A stretch of 64,000 nt of DNA from Octopus vulgaris (lineage: Eukaryota). Shown here in pieces: positions 48,601 to 62,100 of this stretch. Under the pieces are notes generated by a model. It was given only the letters and a program-made list of their open reading frames with translations. It did no database searches and was not told the origin of the DNA. How positions within the stretch are numbered: the stretch's first letter is position 1; each line of letters begins with the position of its first letter. A program made the position numbers and the translations under genes. The stretch covers positions 131,316,001-131,380,000 of the forward strand of contig OX597816.1 of NCBI GenBank assembly GCA_951406725.2, read 5' to 3'.

Positions 48601-51600
48601 GTCCCTCTGTTGGGTCAACATTCGGCAAACTCTCTTTCTCCCATTCATTCTCTTCATTTAATAACCTTTCATAGTGGCGTCTCCAAGTCTCTCTCCTTGC
48701 AGCATCACTAAATGCGAGCGAGCCATCATCCATGCAGAAACATTCCTCTCCTATGATATCATGATTCTCTCTCATACACTGTCTTGTAACACGAAACACC
48801 TCAAGTCACTGGTCCTCACGATGCAAAACATTGACAAATTTTTTCTTATCTGCTTCCTTCTGGCTAAATAAGCCTGTCTCCTAGCTTCCTTTCTGGCAGT
48901 CTGATACAATTCCCTGCTACCACCATTCTTCCAGTCCTTCCACACCTGTCTCTTCTCCCTAATGGCCCTGTCAACTACATTGTTCTACCACCACATTACC
49001 TTGGGTTGAGAGGGGACTTTGCACCATCCACAGATCTGGTCAGTGGCCCTCAACAGGTTGTCCTGTAGAAACCTCCAGTTGTCTTTCACATCATGTGATG
49101 CTATATTGCTCTCTATTTCGTCAAAAGCTTTGAGTAATATGTCTCTGAATCTCTGTCCATTTGTTGGATCCTTAAGCTTCCAAACCCTTCTCCTCCATGC
49201 TAGTAGTCTTCTGGGCATCCATTTAGCCATGATCCTAACTACTAATCTATGTTGTGAGGTGCATTCTTCATCTGGGAAGGTTTTGGCATTTATAAGTAGC
49301 CATCTTTCCCGTAGGTGAATAGGTAACTGACAGGTTTCCTGAAGTTAGTGTTACAAACCATAAGATCATTTGCATTGAAGAACTCCAACAGCCTGGTTCC
49401 CTCCTCATTGTGAGAACTAAAACCATAGCCTCCATGTATGCCATGGAAACCTGCATGTTGTCCAACATGCCCATTGAAGTCACCAGTCACAAAGAGAAGG
49501 TCCCTGTCATTCGTCAACGCGGTAGTCTGCAAGTGGGTGTCATGAAATCGGTCTTTCTGTCCATCAGGTAGCCCCGGCTGAGGGGCATAGGCCGAGATAA
49601 TGGTTGCTAACCCATGATGCAGCACTAATCTAATTTTAAGTATTCTATTGCAGACTCTGAGTACCTTGATTACCTTAACCCATTTCTCCGCAAGAAGTAT
49701 ACCCACACCCCCAACCCCGTCAGTGTTCCCTGCCCAGAAAATCTTACACCTATGTTCTTTGCCTGTGAGGAACCTAGCAGAACCACCTCTCCAATTTACT
49801 TCTTGGATGCAGCACAAATCTACACATCTCTGTTCAAGCATGAACATTTTCACATGAAATATGAACCCTTTAAAACAAAGTGTTTTGTGTCATGGAACTG
49901 AAAGTAGTCTTATAAAGGTTGGCATCAAAAAATTAAAATAAGCAAAAAAAATCAAAACAAAGATGAAACTAAAATGAGTGACTAAAAGCTTACCAACTGC
50001 TGCTAGTGCATAGGAGATTGTCTTCAGGTACTCAAAGTTTATCTCCTGTCCTTTTAAATAACTGCTGTTATTCTTTTTCCAAATGTCTTCATACACTTTG
50101 GAGCAGTCGATGACCTGAAAGTTGAAATTAGAACTTATGTGGAAATTTAAAAGAAAAATCAAGACAATAGACTTGAAATAAAGTTCATACTATCTTGTTT
50201 TATATGTTAATTCACTGACTGACTGGTTATTATCAGCAAGAATATCCTGTTATTAAATCTTCACTTTAATTATGCATGCTTTTATACTTTAGTTATTATA
50301 ACACTTTTGTGGATTTAGTTTGCTGACAACAGACATATTTAACATAAGCAAATTACAATATCTCAACACTTTTTGTGAGTAACTAAGTAGCTTGCCCATC
50401 ACATTTAACAGATATTAATTGTAATGAACAAAACATGTACTTACTTTAATCCACACACTTCTGTATCTATCTTCCCGACAGATGGTGAGTCGGTGATCAA
50501 TGGCCAGGCATGCAAGGACACATCTACAGAAGTAGAGAAAATAATATTCACGATAAGTTAAAATGCATTGTCAGAAATCAATGTAAAAAAATAGGAATGC
50601 AGTAAGTTGTACAATTATATTGTTCAGTCATTGATGTCAGAGACATATTATACCCAACACTTCAGTAATATCTATTGATAAATCCACAGACTTTAAAAAT
50701 GTAGGGTGGTGAAATAAACTACATGTGTAAACAATTATCCTTATGCTTATATATAATGTGAAGATCTAAAGTATTAGGACAAGCTTTTACCTGCCAACAT
50801 CATCTGCCCCTTTTGGAGACCAGTTTGCAGACTTATAACCTTGAGGAGGAATGGAATATTGGACTGTGGGGCTAATTGTTCTGTCAATAAGGATGGAGTT
50901 GAATTCCTCTGAAACGAAAAATATTATCACCATCATGAAGAGATTTATTTTTAATACAAGACAAACAAAAGACACTATATATAGATATTTATATTGCAAG
51001 TGATAATCTGGTAATATTAAAACAGGCAATTAACTCTTACTTCATTGCTTTTGATAACATCCATGAGCCATCATTTACTAAATTACGAACTATGCAAAAC
51101 AATACTGAAGGTACTATTTTGTTCATTAAGGCAGAATCATTAGATCAGACAAAATGCTTAGTGGCATTTCATCTGCCTTTACCTTCTGAATTCAAGTCCA
51201 CCTAGGTCAGATTTGCCTTTCATCCTTTTAGGGTTGATAAAATAAGTACCAGTTGCTCTGAAATTGCTGGCCTTGTGCCAAAAGTTTAAACCAATATTTT
51301 GTTCAGTGAGGATTTCTTGAATGTGCTACAGATGGAATGTATTGTTTTTTTTTGTCAAGTCAGAAGCTCCACAAAGCTAACTTGCTCATGACACTATACA
51401 ATATCAAAAACTGCAGACTACTTTCATATATGTAAGCTGTTCCATAGCAAGATGGAGGAAAACTTCCATTTTGTTATGGAAACTTTCTTATCAATCCTCA
51501 GCCATTACCATTATTTCCATGCTGGCATTGGCTGGATGGCCAGATGCCTCTCCTGATGCTAACTATTTTAGTTGCTTCTTATGACACACAGAGGTATGTG

Positions 51601-52856
51601 TACATATTCTAAAAAGCAGGATACTTACGGTGACTATTTCCCAAGTCATCCTGAAATAACATGCTTACAACCTGAATAAACACATTTATGAGGCACGACT
51701 AAGTACATAACAGTTGAATAAGCTATAATCTATTTATTCATTCATTTATCATATTTAAATGAAGTCAATAGAAAAGTTGCAATATTTAAGTCCAATTAAC
51801 CAACTAAAATAAAGACGCAATCAAATGCATAGAAAATTGGTAAATTTTGGAATAGAAGATCAAAACTAATGTATTCACCTCGAGGTAGTCTGTTTTCAAG
51901 TTCTTCAAGATTAAAAATTTCTGTACTGTAAAAGATGTCTGAATGAGGTGAAATCATAGTTCTCCTTGCGAGAAGTGTTCCTCGCAAAAGATGGAAGTTG
52001 GTAGTTAGTTCCTTTCATAGAAAACAAAGCATAGATTTTATTGTAACGTTTACAGAATATTTTATTTATAAATCATGAGATACAATCCCTGAAACAATTT
52101 TTTGTCAATCAACCAGAAGGAAAAAAATGGTGAGATAAGTGTAGTTAATGTGTAATTTGGTTCTTTGCAAGTGAACAGTTGGGGTAAAAATGTACACAGT
52201 TGTAAAGATGTGAAATTCTTGCAAGGGTTGGGAAAATAGTACATGATCTATAAAGTGAGATGATATGCTTAACAAGAGAAGAGATAAATAAATTGAATAA
52301 GTTCATATGACAGAAGAATGTAGTTAGTGAGACCAAGAGAATGGAATACTGCAAAAGTTAGAGATATTGAAAATATAATTACATATATAAGTATAGCTGT
52401 GGTTAAATAGTTTGTTTTGCTATTGTGGGGTTCTATGTTCACTCCCACTGTGCAGTACTTTGGGTAACTATCTTGTTACATTGTCTTATGAGTGAAATTG
52501 TGTGGATTACAATTGCAGAAGCCTGTCAGCCTATACTTTTTAATTCATCGCTTGCTTTAACATGACCTTCTTTGAGTGCCTTTGAGTGCCTTTAGCAGAG
52601 TCCATTCTGTTGCAAGCATTTGAACCATATCTCTAGACTGATGACAAATCCATCTTGACTTTACACAGTTTTTTACTGCAATAACTTTTTTAATGGTTTA
52701 GTTAGATAAAGGGTTTTGTGAGTAGAGGGAGAAAGGGAGGAAGTTATCCTGAAATCTAGGACATGGAAATGAAATATGTTGACGGATTGCATTTACTGGA
52801 GATATGACACACTGTAGTAATGTTTCCAAAGAATGATCAATCAATCAATCAAATAT

Positions 52857-52900
<44 letters not shown>

Positions 52901-55240
52901 GGATGGATGGATGAATGGATAGAGAGACAGAGAGAGAGAGTTTGGTGAAAGTAAGGGCTAACTCTGGTATTCATGGTTCAAAGTTAACTGACAAGATACT
53001 GTCAGGACCTGTGATCTTGTTGGTTTGAAGTAATTATAGGTGCTTTGACATTTGTGCAAATGTATGTGGTAGTGATTCTGGTGGAGTGAGGCTAGTTTTG
53101 GAGCTTTACCTAGGGTATGTAATGTGGAGTTGGATGCAAAGAAGACGACAAATGTGTAGGTTTTTCTGCTGAGTTCTTTTGTAGAGTCAATATAGTTGAG
53201 AAATGGAGAGAGTGAGGATTCTGTAAAACTGAAAGAATCCATTTGGCAAATGGCTAAAGGGATTAGCTGCAGTTTAGAAAGTGTGAGTTCTTGTGGGTTA
53301 TGTGACGCACAGATGCTTTATCTGAGTTTCAGATGGTGGTCCTGCAGGAGTTAACAGTGTTTAGTAAAAGCTATCCAGTTAGGAGGGGTAGGATTTTCTC
53401 TATGCATTGTGTTTTTTGCCCGAACTGTAATGCGGAGGGATATAACAAAGAGGATGGTTTCAGTCACCCACTTGGCTGTGGAACACTTGCGCTACCAAAC
53501 ACAGTTAGTATGGTAGGTTGATGTACCAAAACACTAACTACAAAATACGGATTCCATTCACTTGTTAATGTTTCATGCATTCCCAGAACGTATCAACACC
53601 TAAACAAATTTAAACTTATTGCAATAATAGACTTACGAGTTGTTTCCCTTCAAAAGCAGTCGTATGTATTTTTAAAATGTGACAATCGATAAATACTGGC
53701 TGTGTGGTAAGAAGCTTGCTTCCCAACCACATGGTTCCGGGTTCAGTCCCACGGCGTGTGACACCTTTGCTAAGTGTTTTCTACTATAGCCTCGGGCCAG
53801 CCAATGCCTTGTGAGTGGATTTGGTAGACGGAAACTGAAAGAAGCGGATGTGTGTGTCTGTGTTTGTCTCCCACTCTCCACCATCGCTTGACACCGATGT
53901 TGGTATGTTTACGTCCCCGTAGGTTAGTGGTTCGGCAAAAGAATGCATTAAAATAAGTACTAAGCTTACAAAGAATAAGTCCTGGGGTCGATTTGTTCGA
54001 CTAAAAGGCGGTGCTCTTGCATGGCCGCAGTCAAATAAGTAAAAGAATAAAATATATAAACAAATTAAAATCCAACTCATTCTCTTCAAAGTTGGGGTTC
54101 ACTCAACAAAATTAAAGCCTTTCGTGTGTCATCATGTTTGGAAAAACAATTTACGTTGAATGCTAACATTCTAGAGAAAGACACATTGCATTTTCCTTTT
54201 AAGAACCCCCCCCCCCCCAAAAAAAATATATATATTGCTATTTACAATATAAACTACATTGCAAATCCAGACAGTAAAGCTGTGTAGTCAACAAGCAAGT
54301 GTGGTATCATTAAGCAGTGGTAAGAAAGACAAGAGAAATCATCTGAACGGGAAAAAAATTGGATTTAAACATATGTTGTGTAATACAACTGGAATATTTA
54401 ATTATGAAAAACCATTTTCGGTGCCATTTAACAAAGCGGAACCTAAATCTTTCAAATAGCCCAATGCCATAAAAAGAATCACTTGTTAATCAGTCTTAAA
54501 GTGGGAGGAGTCATTTTCTGCATTAATATTTCATAGCAGGTTATTTTTAAAACTCTTTATTGCTTTTATAAAAATTATAAGAATATCATTATTGCTCGTT
54601 ATATGCCATAATGGATCAGAGATAGAAAATGAAACATTAAAAACTATAACATAAGAAATATTGATTATAAAATGAAGCACAAGTAGTATTTTATGCTTTA
54701 CGTTTGCTATTGGAAATAAAACAAAACAAAAAAAAGTACAAGATATTCTATGCTCAGGAATGAATGAAAATTAGAATTTTTATAATTATAATTACTAACA
54801 AAATATCATGGATATAGCAAGCCTTTTCCACATAACTTTCATTATAAACAGGGAGTTGACATATTTAGAAAGCAAAATTTAGGTATTATTGAAATTAAAT
54901 AAAAATTCTGTGCGTGAAGAGGAGCATAGAAATATATTGAGTAATTAAATATTTTCAAGAATATAAATTATAAGCTTGGAAAGAGAAAAAAAAACAGGTA
55001 TTTTAAACTAGCATATAAAAATAATATATATTCACAGACGAATTAGTATACCAAGACAGGCATCTCATCCGATTGGATGTGAAGAATAGAATAAAATTGT
55101 AAGATTCTTACAATTATGAATACACCATCATCAGCACACATAGCAATCCGATTGTCATCGGACCAAGTTAGTCCATTTTTACAAGTTACATTAGTTTTAA
55201 AAGCCCACACAATAGAAGATCCATCACTTTGCTTCGCCAT
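31226..55240 (-). CDS. GTF3C4: General transcription factor IIIC subunit 4 (TFIIIC90), 19 coding exons, 726 aa
   Basis: Exons (minus): 55240-55112, 52011-51879, 50908-50791, 50523-50445, 50114-49994, 47628-47460, 45892-45813, 44860-44706, 43242-43122, 42417-42334, 40049-39889, 39342-39279, 37972-37825, 36975-36909, 35926-35764, 34516-34361, 32868-32815, 31934-31839, 31308-31226. Total 2181 nt, one open frame. Motifs LTWSDDNRI, YKSANWSPKGADDVGRCVLACLAIDHRLTI, KNGDVVFW, GVALSPN and the C-terminal Zn region CPIC..CSGNH..RCCKSLLPC..YRRCSLC..CTFC. AATAAA on - at 31130-31125. Confidence 0.9.
32869..34360 (-). other. U12-type (minor spliceosome) AT-AC intron of GTF3C4, 1492 nt
   Basis: 5' site C|ATATCCTTTT at 34360, branch TCCTTAAC at 32884-32877, 3' end TATTTTAC| at 32869. 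Splicing restores the frame CPICGE-LLEDVDVMSVACSGNHTFG. Confidence 0.9.
37230..37785 (+). mobile_element. RTE LINE 3' fragment (different subfamily)
   Basis: VRAAMLYGSETWCL..LRRTERAMV..MCG in ORF 37341-37544, ending in an (ATG)n-like tail. Confidence 0.8.
41408..41623. mobile_element. Mariner-derived MITE
   Basis: ggggatactgaaaagttcctggg / gccaagaacttttcagcacccct. Interior aagtgtgtgaatccgagaggggaatatgttgaataa (KCVNPRGEYVE-stop). Confidence 0.75.
42501..42579. repeat. 29-bp tandem repeat, about 2.7 copies
   Basis: aaaattagtaaacttgtaaagatttacta repeated. Confidence 0.85.
46058..46448 (+). repeat. Minisatellite (about 25-bp units, about 10 copies) within an RTE-tail-related element
   Basis: Units like aaaagcactagtgctggtaccacgtg, followed by the family body and a (GAT)n tail. 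Confidence 0.75.
47168..47394. mobile_element. piggyBac-like MITE
   Basis: ttaaccctttagcattt..aatgctaaaaggttaa. Confidence 0.75.
48221..49853 (-). mobile_element. RTE LINE with APE endonuclease and linker joined directly to the 3' UTR (RT deleted)
   Basis: CIQEV.W, GVGILLA, ISAYAPQ, GDFNGHVG and NTNFRK (endonuclease); MKTGKALGP..EML (linker). The sequence switches at about 48434 to the UTR, and the tail is at 48221. Confidence 0.85.
53697..54048 (+). mobile_element. tRNA-derived SINE, near full length
   Basis: tggctgtgtggtaagaagcttgcttcccaaccacatggttccgggttcagtccc (A and B boxes), followed by the standard body. Confidence 0.85.
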
Positions 55241-55394
55241 TTTTAACCAACTAAAGATGATTAGAACAATATCTCTGATTGGTCCACTTATGCAAGTTAG
55301 CCAATAGAACGAGGCGTTTTAGTGAGTAGTTACCGGTGCTTTTACACGTGCTTAATGTTTTGTTTGTGTCAGTGGAATATATCTAATACATTCT
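55241..55394. promoter_or_regulatory. Compact bidirectional promoter GTF3C4/METTL18
   Basis: 154 bp between the two ATGs. ATTGG 55278-55282, CCAAT 55301-55305, E-box CACGTG 55345-55350, and a YY1-like AAAATGGCG over the GTF3C4 start. Confidence 0.75.
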
Positions 55395-58300
55395 ATGTCA
55401 TTTTGTTTCAATTTCCCGAATCCCGAAGCTGATAATGAAAATAAGTATGAAAAAACTTGTAGTATTTCGACGGAAAAAGGTAATTCAGTTGTTTATTAGA
55501 GACTTTTATGTAAATAATTCCTCATACACACAAGTTTTGCTTTAGATCCTACTCAAATCAACTAGGAAACTTTTACGAAGTCGCGCTACCTGCTAGAAAG
55601 TGTTTTAGTTCTTTGATGAAAGTTGATCTCCACAGTGTACTGTCTACATCATGTTATCACACCTCTGTACTGTTGTTGATCTCATAGATAATTTTATACA
55701 AATATGTTCTCACTTTTTATTTCTATAAATTCAAATATTTATTATTTACTTCAGAATCACCTGATCAAGATGAAGAAGAAATACCTGCTATTGAAATGAA
55801 ATTGGACTGGAAGCATCTGGTAAAAAAAAAAGAAGAGATATTGATTATTTTACTTGTTTTAGTTATTTGACGACGGCCATGCTGGAGCACCGCTTTGAAG
55901 GTTTTGATTTTTAGTCAAACAAATCGACCACAGGACTTATTTTTAAAGCCTAAATACATCTATCGGTCTCTTTTGCCTCCGAACCGTTAAGTTACGTGAA
56001 CGTAAACACACCAACACCGGTTGTCAAGCGGTCATGGTGGGATGGGGGCCAAACACTCACATACATACAATATATATATACACACGATGGGCTTCTTTCA
56101 GTTTCCGTCTAGCAAATCCACTCACAAAGCTTTGGTCGGATTGAGGCTATAATAGAAGACACTTGCCCAAGTGGGATTGAACCTGGAACCATGTGGTTGG
56201 GAAGCAACCACACCTCAATAATTTTATTTTTGTTTTAGTCTATTTTTCAGCATTTGCCACAATTTCTAAATATCTATAAACTACACATTTTCTTGTTTCA
56301 TTTGATACTATTAACTTCAAATTTATCTCACCCTATCACGTAGTGCCTCTTGATCTTCCATATTTTTGTTGCCCTACCGAAACTAATTCATACGCAATCT
56401 TTAATCTACAATGTTGTTATTTTTAAAGATACTTCAGTACATTTCATTCCAGAAATAAACTTACAGCGAAGTTTGGTAAGAAGCTTGCATTCCAACGACA
56501 TGGTTCCGGGTTCAGCCCCAGTGCGTGGCACTTTGGGCAAGTGTCTTCTACTATAGCCTCGGGCCAACCAAAGGATTGGAAGTGGATTTGGTAGATGGAA
56601 ACTGAAGGAAACCCATTTTATATACATATATATCAGGGGCGTATATTCCAGGTGTGCACTGCACACCCATCAAAAATGGCAAATTCATTATTGATATTAA
56701 CCTTACTCATTAATTCAATCACAAATCTTATTGGAAAATTTTTGCTGTACCCCTCCTTGAAATCTAGTAGCATTGGGTGTGGCAGCACACCCAATACAGC
56801 AACTACCATACGCCACTGATATGTGTGTGTTGACAACTGATGACGGTATGTTTACGTCCCCGCTTGACAACTAGTGTCGGTATGTTTACGTTCTCGTAAC
56901 TTCGCAGTTCGGCAAAAGAAACCGATAGAATATGTACCAGGCTTAAAACAAAAAGTATTGGGGTCGATTCAAGGCGGTGCCTCAGCATGAGCGCAGTCTA
57001 ATGACTGAAACAAGTACAAGGATATGTTCATCAATGTTCTAACCTGCATTTTCCCCTTATTAGCATGATTTGAGTGGTTCTGCCATATAGCTTATCACTG
57101 TACGTCGTAATATCTGTCCTGCATCATATCATTTGTGAGGCCTGGCATCTTAAGATTGGATGATCTCGTTACTTCTCATTAGTATCTTATGCGGTCTGTA
57201 AACGACACTTTCGCCTAGCATTCAATATCCATTTTAAACCACATCTATACCAATGCAGTTGTCTCCCCTACAACCATTGGTTGATTTGTACTCAACTTTG
57301 ATGCGAGTTACTTTACACAACAAAAATATCAAACTTGACATATCTTTTACATTCGATATCTGTGTCTCGCTGTTGCTTATATGTTCTGCTTAAATGCAAG
57401 AAATAGAAATTATGTGGGACTTCATTAATGACAAAAACTTATTAAGGCTCAAAGAATGCGAAATGAAATACACAAGTGAAGACAGGACAACAGTTGGAGT
57501 TTTTACTTTGTATTTTGATATTTTGGAGTTAGGACCCCTTTATCAGGACACGTGGAGAAATAGGAGATGGAATAAAGCTATCATTGTTGTTCAGATATGT
57601 AGGAGAGGGTACAGACTGATATTGTTATAGTAGCGAAATTAATTTTGTCCTTGCAGTATATAAATTCCGAATAATTTTAAATCTGTTACTAAGATCTCCA
57701 TTTTCTCTGTCATTGTTATAATTAATTTTTCTTTTTTTAGACACCATGTAAAAATCCAAATACAATTGCATATGATTTCAATGAAACTTCAACACTTGTG
57801 AGCATCAGTCCAAAACATTTAGAAACTATTTTAAAAGAGAATAGTGAAAATTCTGAAATCACACCCTTAAAAGAAGCTTTACAGAACCAGTGTGATCTGA
57901 TTCCAAATAAATATGAAGGTAAGTATTTTTTTAGCATTGAGGAAGTGCATTTTCAAGTCGTTAATAAAATTGACAACTTGACTAAGATTATATGAAATTG
58001 TTTAAAATATTGTTGAGTTGCCACAGAAAGCTCTGCTTGTGTAAACATGGTGTATAGATAGCTAATGAAATATTCAGTCACATTTTCTAGCCACAGCCAT
58101 TCATCAATGTTTTGGATGTGGTATTTTAAGATTAAGAACTGGAAAATATAATTTCTAATTCATTGTCACTAATGTACTTTGCATAGTGCACGAGGAGAGA
58201 GAATTTGATGGTTCAGTGGCAATGATCAGTGTAACATATGAGTAGAGAGAATGATATTAATGGCTGTAGAATGTCTATCAAGTGAAATGGTTCCAGGTAG

Positions 58301-59135
58301 CAAGAAAAATAAAGTGGTATCAAGAGAGACCAGCGGTGAGAGGGATGTACATATTTGAATAATATGAATTATAGAATTAAACCATTTAAAAAATTTATTT
58401 TGAGACTAAATTCAAATGGTTTGATATGATTTGATGCATGAAACAAAATCTAAAAATGTCTTGTGTTCTGATAACTCATCATCAGTTAGTTTTTCTTTTG
58501 GCTGTCATTATGGGCATAATCAGCTGCAGTTCTTTGGGTATTTTCAAATACAACTATTTTCCTTGTTGTTATATAATTTACCCATAGCAAATGTAGAGAG
58601 AAAGGTAACATGTTTGTACCTCAAATGCTTCTGCTGCAAAAGAGATGACACTATTCCATTGGAGCAAAATTCAATGTAATAAAAAGCCATACACATAGTG
58701 GTAACAATTTGCAAATTGGCAGAAATTTTAACTTTTATGAATCCATTACTAAATCCACTTACAAGGCTTCAGTTAGCCTGTGGGAATAGAAGACACTTAC
58801 ACAAGATACCATGCAGTGAAGAAATCTTAATTATGCATTCATGCTCACACTTGTAAGCCATGCTTGTCATTCATTCATTTTTATATCTGTTTTTCCATGC
58901 TAGCAAATGTATGTCCTCCCTATATATATATATATATTTTATCTTGTTCCAGTCATTAGACTGTGGCCATACTGGGGTACCACCTTGAAGAATTTTTAGT
59001 CGAACGAATCAATCCCAATATTTCATTTTTAATCCTCGCACATATTCTATTGGTCTTTTTTGCTGAACCACTAAGTTATGGGACATAAACACAACAGTGG
59101 GGGACAAGCACAGACCAAAGACCTCACCACACAGA

Positions 59136-59199
<64 letters not shown>

Positions 59200-62100
59200 T
59201 ACATACATGATGGGCTTCTTTCAGTTTCCATTTACCAAATCCATTCACAAAGTTTTGGTTGGCCCAAGGCTATAGCAGAAAGATACTTGTCAGAGGTATC
59301 ACACAGTGGGACTGAACCTGGAATCATGTGGTTAGGAAGCAAACTTCTTACCACACACCTACTCCTGTGCCTATGTGTATGTTTGTGTGTGATTGCTTGC
59401 TTACAAATACATATAACTTTTTTTTCAATTTAGGTGGACTTCAGATTTGGGAATGCAGCATAGATCTTACAAAATATATAAGTAATCAAATGCTTTCTGG
59501 ATCATCAGTAGCTGAGGTAGGTATATTTTATACATTAAAGTTAATCTCCACTTATCACAAATATATCATATATATATTGGTGATGGATTCTTGTGTTGAT
59601 TTTGCTGTGTGTACATTCAAGTTGTTCATTCAATAAACTGTCTACTCATTGCATTCCATAATAATACAACATTTATAGAATTTCATCGTAGGACACAGAT
59701 TAAAAAGTGCAATCTATGAATGCAACTAAAATCTAACTGTAAACGTTTCTTCACAGATTGGTTGTGGTGCAGGATTACCAGGACTGTGTGCACTGAAAAA
59801 AGGTGCTAGCACTGTACTCTTCCAAGATTTTGTAAGTATTTGTATTATATGTACGATTTCTTTTTATTTGTGTTATTTGTAACAATATTAGCACTACATA
59901 TAATAATATAACCAAAAGCTGGACTGACACCTTGGGCGAGTGTGTTCTGATCAAAGCCTTGTGAGCGGATTTGGTAGATGGACATTGAAAAAAGCCCATC
60001 ATATATATGTGTGTGTCTTAGTGCATATGTTTTCCCCCTCCCGTTGCTTGATTACTGATGTTGGTGTGTTTACGTCCCTTTAACTCAGCAGTTTCTACAA
60101 AAAAGATTGATAGAATATGTACCAGGCTTTACCAAAAAATAATAAGTACTGGGGTCGATAGGTCAGACTAAAATTCTTGAAGGTGATACCCCAGCATGGT
60201 CACATTCTAATGAATTAAACAAGTAAAAGATAAAAGAATGGTAGGTTCTAAATGCCTTTAACTCAGACTTGTAGTAAGTTACATGTTGTTACAAAAGGAA
60301 AATGTGACACAACATACTGGGTCACATTCTGTTAACAGGTCAGTCAATGGCATAATGTAATTGTAGTTTCATCATCATCGTTTAACATCCATTGTCCATG
60401 CTGGCATTGGTTGGGCAGTTTGACTAGGGCTACTAAGCTGAGGGGCTGCACTAGACTCCAGTCTGAGTTGGCATGGTTTCTATGGCTGGCTGCCCTTCCT
60501 AATGCCAACCACTCCGTGAGTGTATTGGGTGCTTTTATGTGCCACCAGCACAGGTGCCAGTTATGTGACACCTGTATCTGCCACAACTATGATTTCACTT
60601 GGCTTGATGGGTCTTCTGCTCAAGCATAGCTTATTGCCAAAGGTCCCAGACATTTGCCTTTGCCTCTGTGAGGTCAAAGATGCTTTTTACATGCCAGTTA
60701 TGTGACACCGACATTGGCATTACTTGGCTTGATGGGTCTTCTCAAGCACAGCATGTATTATTCTTTCATAGCAGACAGGGTGTTTATCTTTCTTTGGTTG
60801 ATTGTTTCAGATTCATAATCACTGTGGATATTGCATTGGTTGTGACGATGCAGCACAAGATGAGACATTTTAAGTTGTCATCATCATCATCATATGTCCA
60901 TGTTCCTTGGGCTAGGTGGCGTGACAGAATTCCTGGACTGAAGGATTGCATTGTGCTCCGTGGTGCTTTACAAGATGGCAACACTAAGCAGTCTTATGTA
61001 TGAATACAAGGCTATTACCAGTTCAAATATACACGGGGTATATTCGAACCCATAAGAAAGCTATTCACTGTGTTATATCTTTCTTGCAGGTTCAAAAATA
61101 CCTTACAGTCTGGGTAGGTGGTGCTGAGGGCTAATTTTAGGTGTACTTACACCATTTGTCTACAGTGAGAAATTTTCTCCATGACAAAGCACAGCGAATG
61201 ACTTTCTTACAGGTTTAAATTTACCCCAAGCTTATTTGAACTGGTAATAACCTTGTATTTACTGTCTACTTTGGCTTGTGGAGGTGCATAGCTTAGTAGT
61301 TAGGATGCTGGACTCATGATCATAAAATTGTGGTTTTGATTCCTGGACCAGGCAATGCATTGTATTCTTGAGCAAAATACTTCATTTCCCATTGTTCCAG
61401 TCCACTCAGCTGGCAAAAATGAGTATTCCTTTGATGGACTGGCATTCCATCCAGGTGGGGAATATATACGTTATGAAACTGGGAAATTGGCCCTTATGAG
61501 TTGGTATGACCTGAGAAGGTAACTTTACTTTACTTACCTACATTGGCTTGGTTTTTGTGTCTGGATGCCCTTAGCTAATGTCAGCTATTTTACAGTTTGT
61601 ATGCTTAATGTTTTTTTAATGGTGCCAGGACTAGAGAGGGTGCCATACAGCTTGCAAGACTATGAATCCTGAGAGAAGCAGTTTTATGCTAGGAGATGAG
61701 GGAAGGGGTCAGAGGAGCAGAAGTTTCTTGTTGTAGAGAGACTACATGACTGCTCACATTTAATAGAGTGTGGGGGATTAATCAGAGTGCCATGAGGAAA
61801 TGGTAAAAATAACAGTAATGTGGTGTCTGTGTGGACCCTCAAGGTACAAGCTAAGCAGGCGTGAATAGAGGCAGAAGAAATGCGGATGTGGGTGGATAGA
61901 GGTTGCAAGAGTGTATGGGAGAGTGAGGGAGGAGAATGGTTGAAGGGTTGAATATAATGAATGAAGAACAAGTGTTGAGTGGATGTTAAGTGGGGTAGGT
62001 AGGGAAAAGTAGGTGACAACTGTAGAGATTAGGTAGGGATGAGGGATGGATGCAGTGAATGGTTGATAAAGAGTGGAGGGTGACTAATGATGCATGGGTG

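Noticed and set aside
52940-53520. Possible Penelope RT remnant (KPTH-like motif) on minus
   Set aside because: Only a 4-residue match amid stops, which is not enough to call.
53697-53765. tRNA-like sequence with A and B boxes
   Set aside because: It is a SINE head, continues into the SINE body and is present in many diverged copies.
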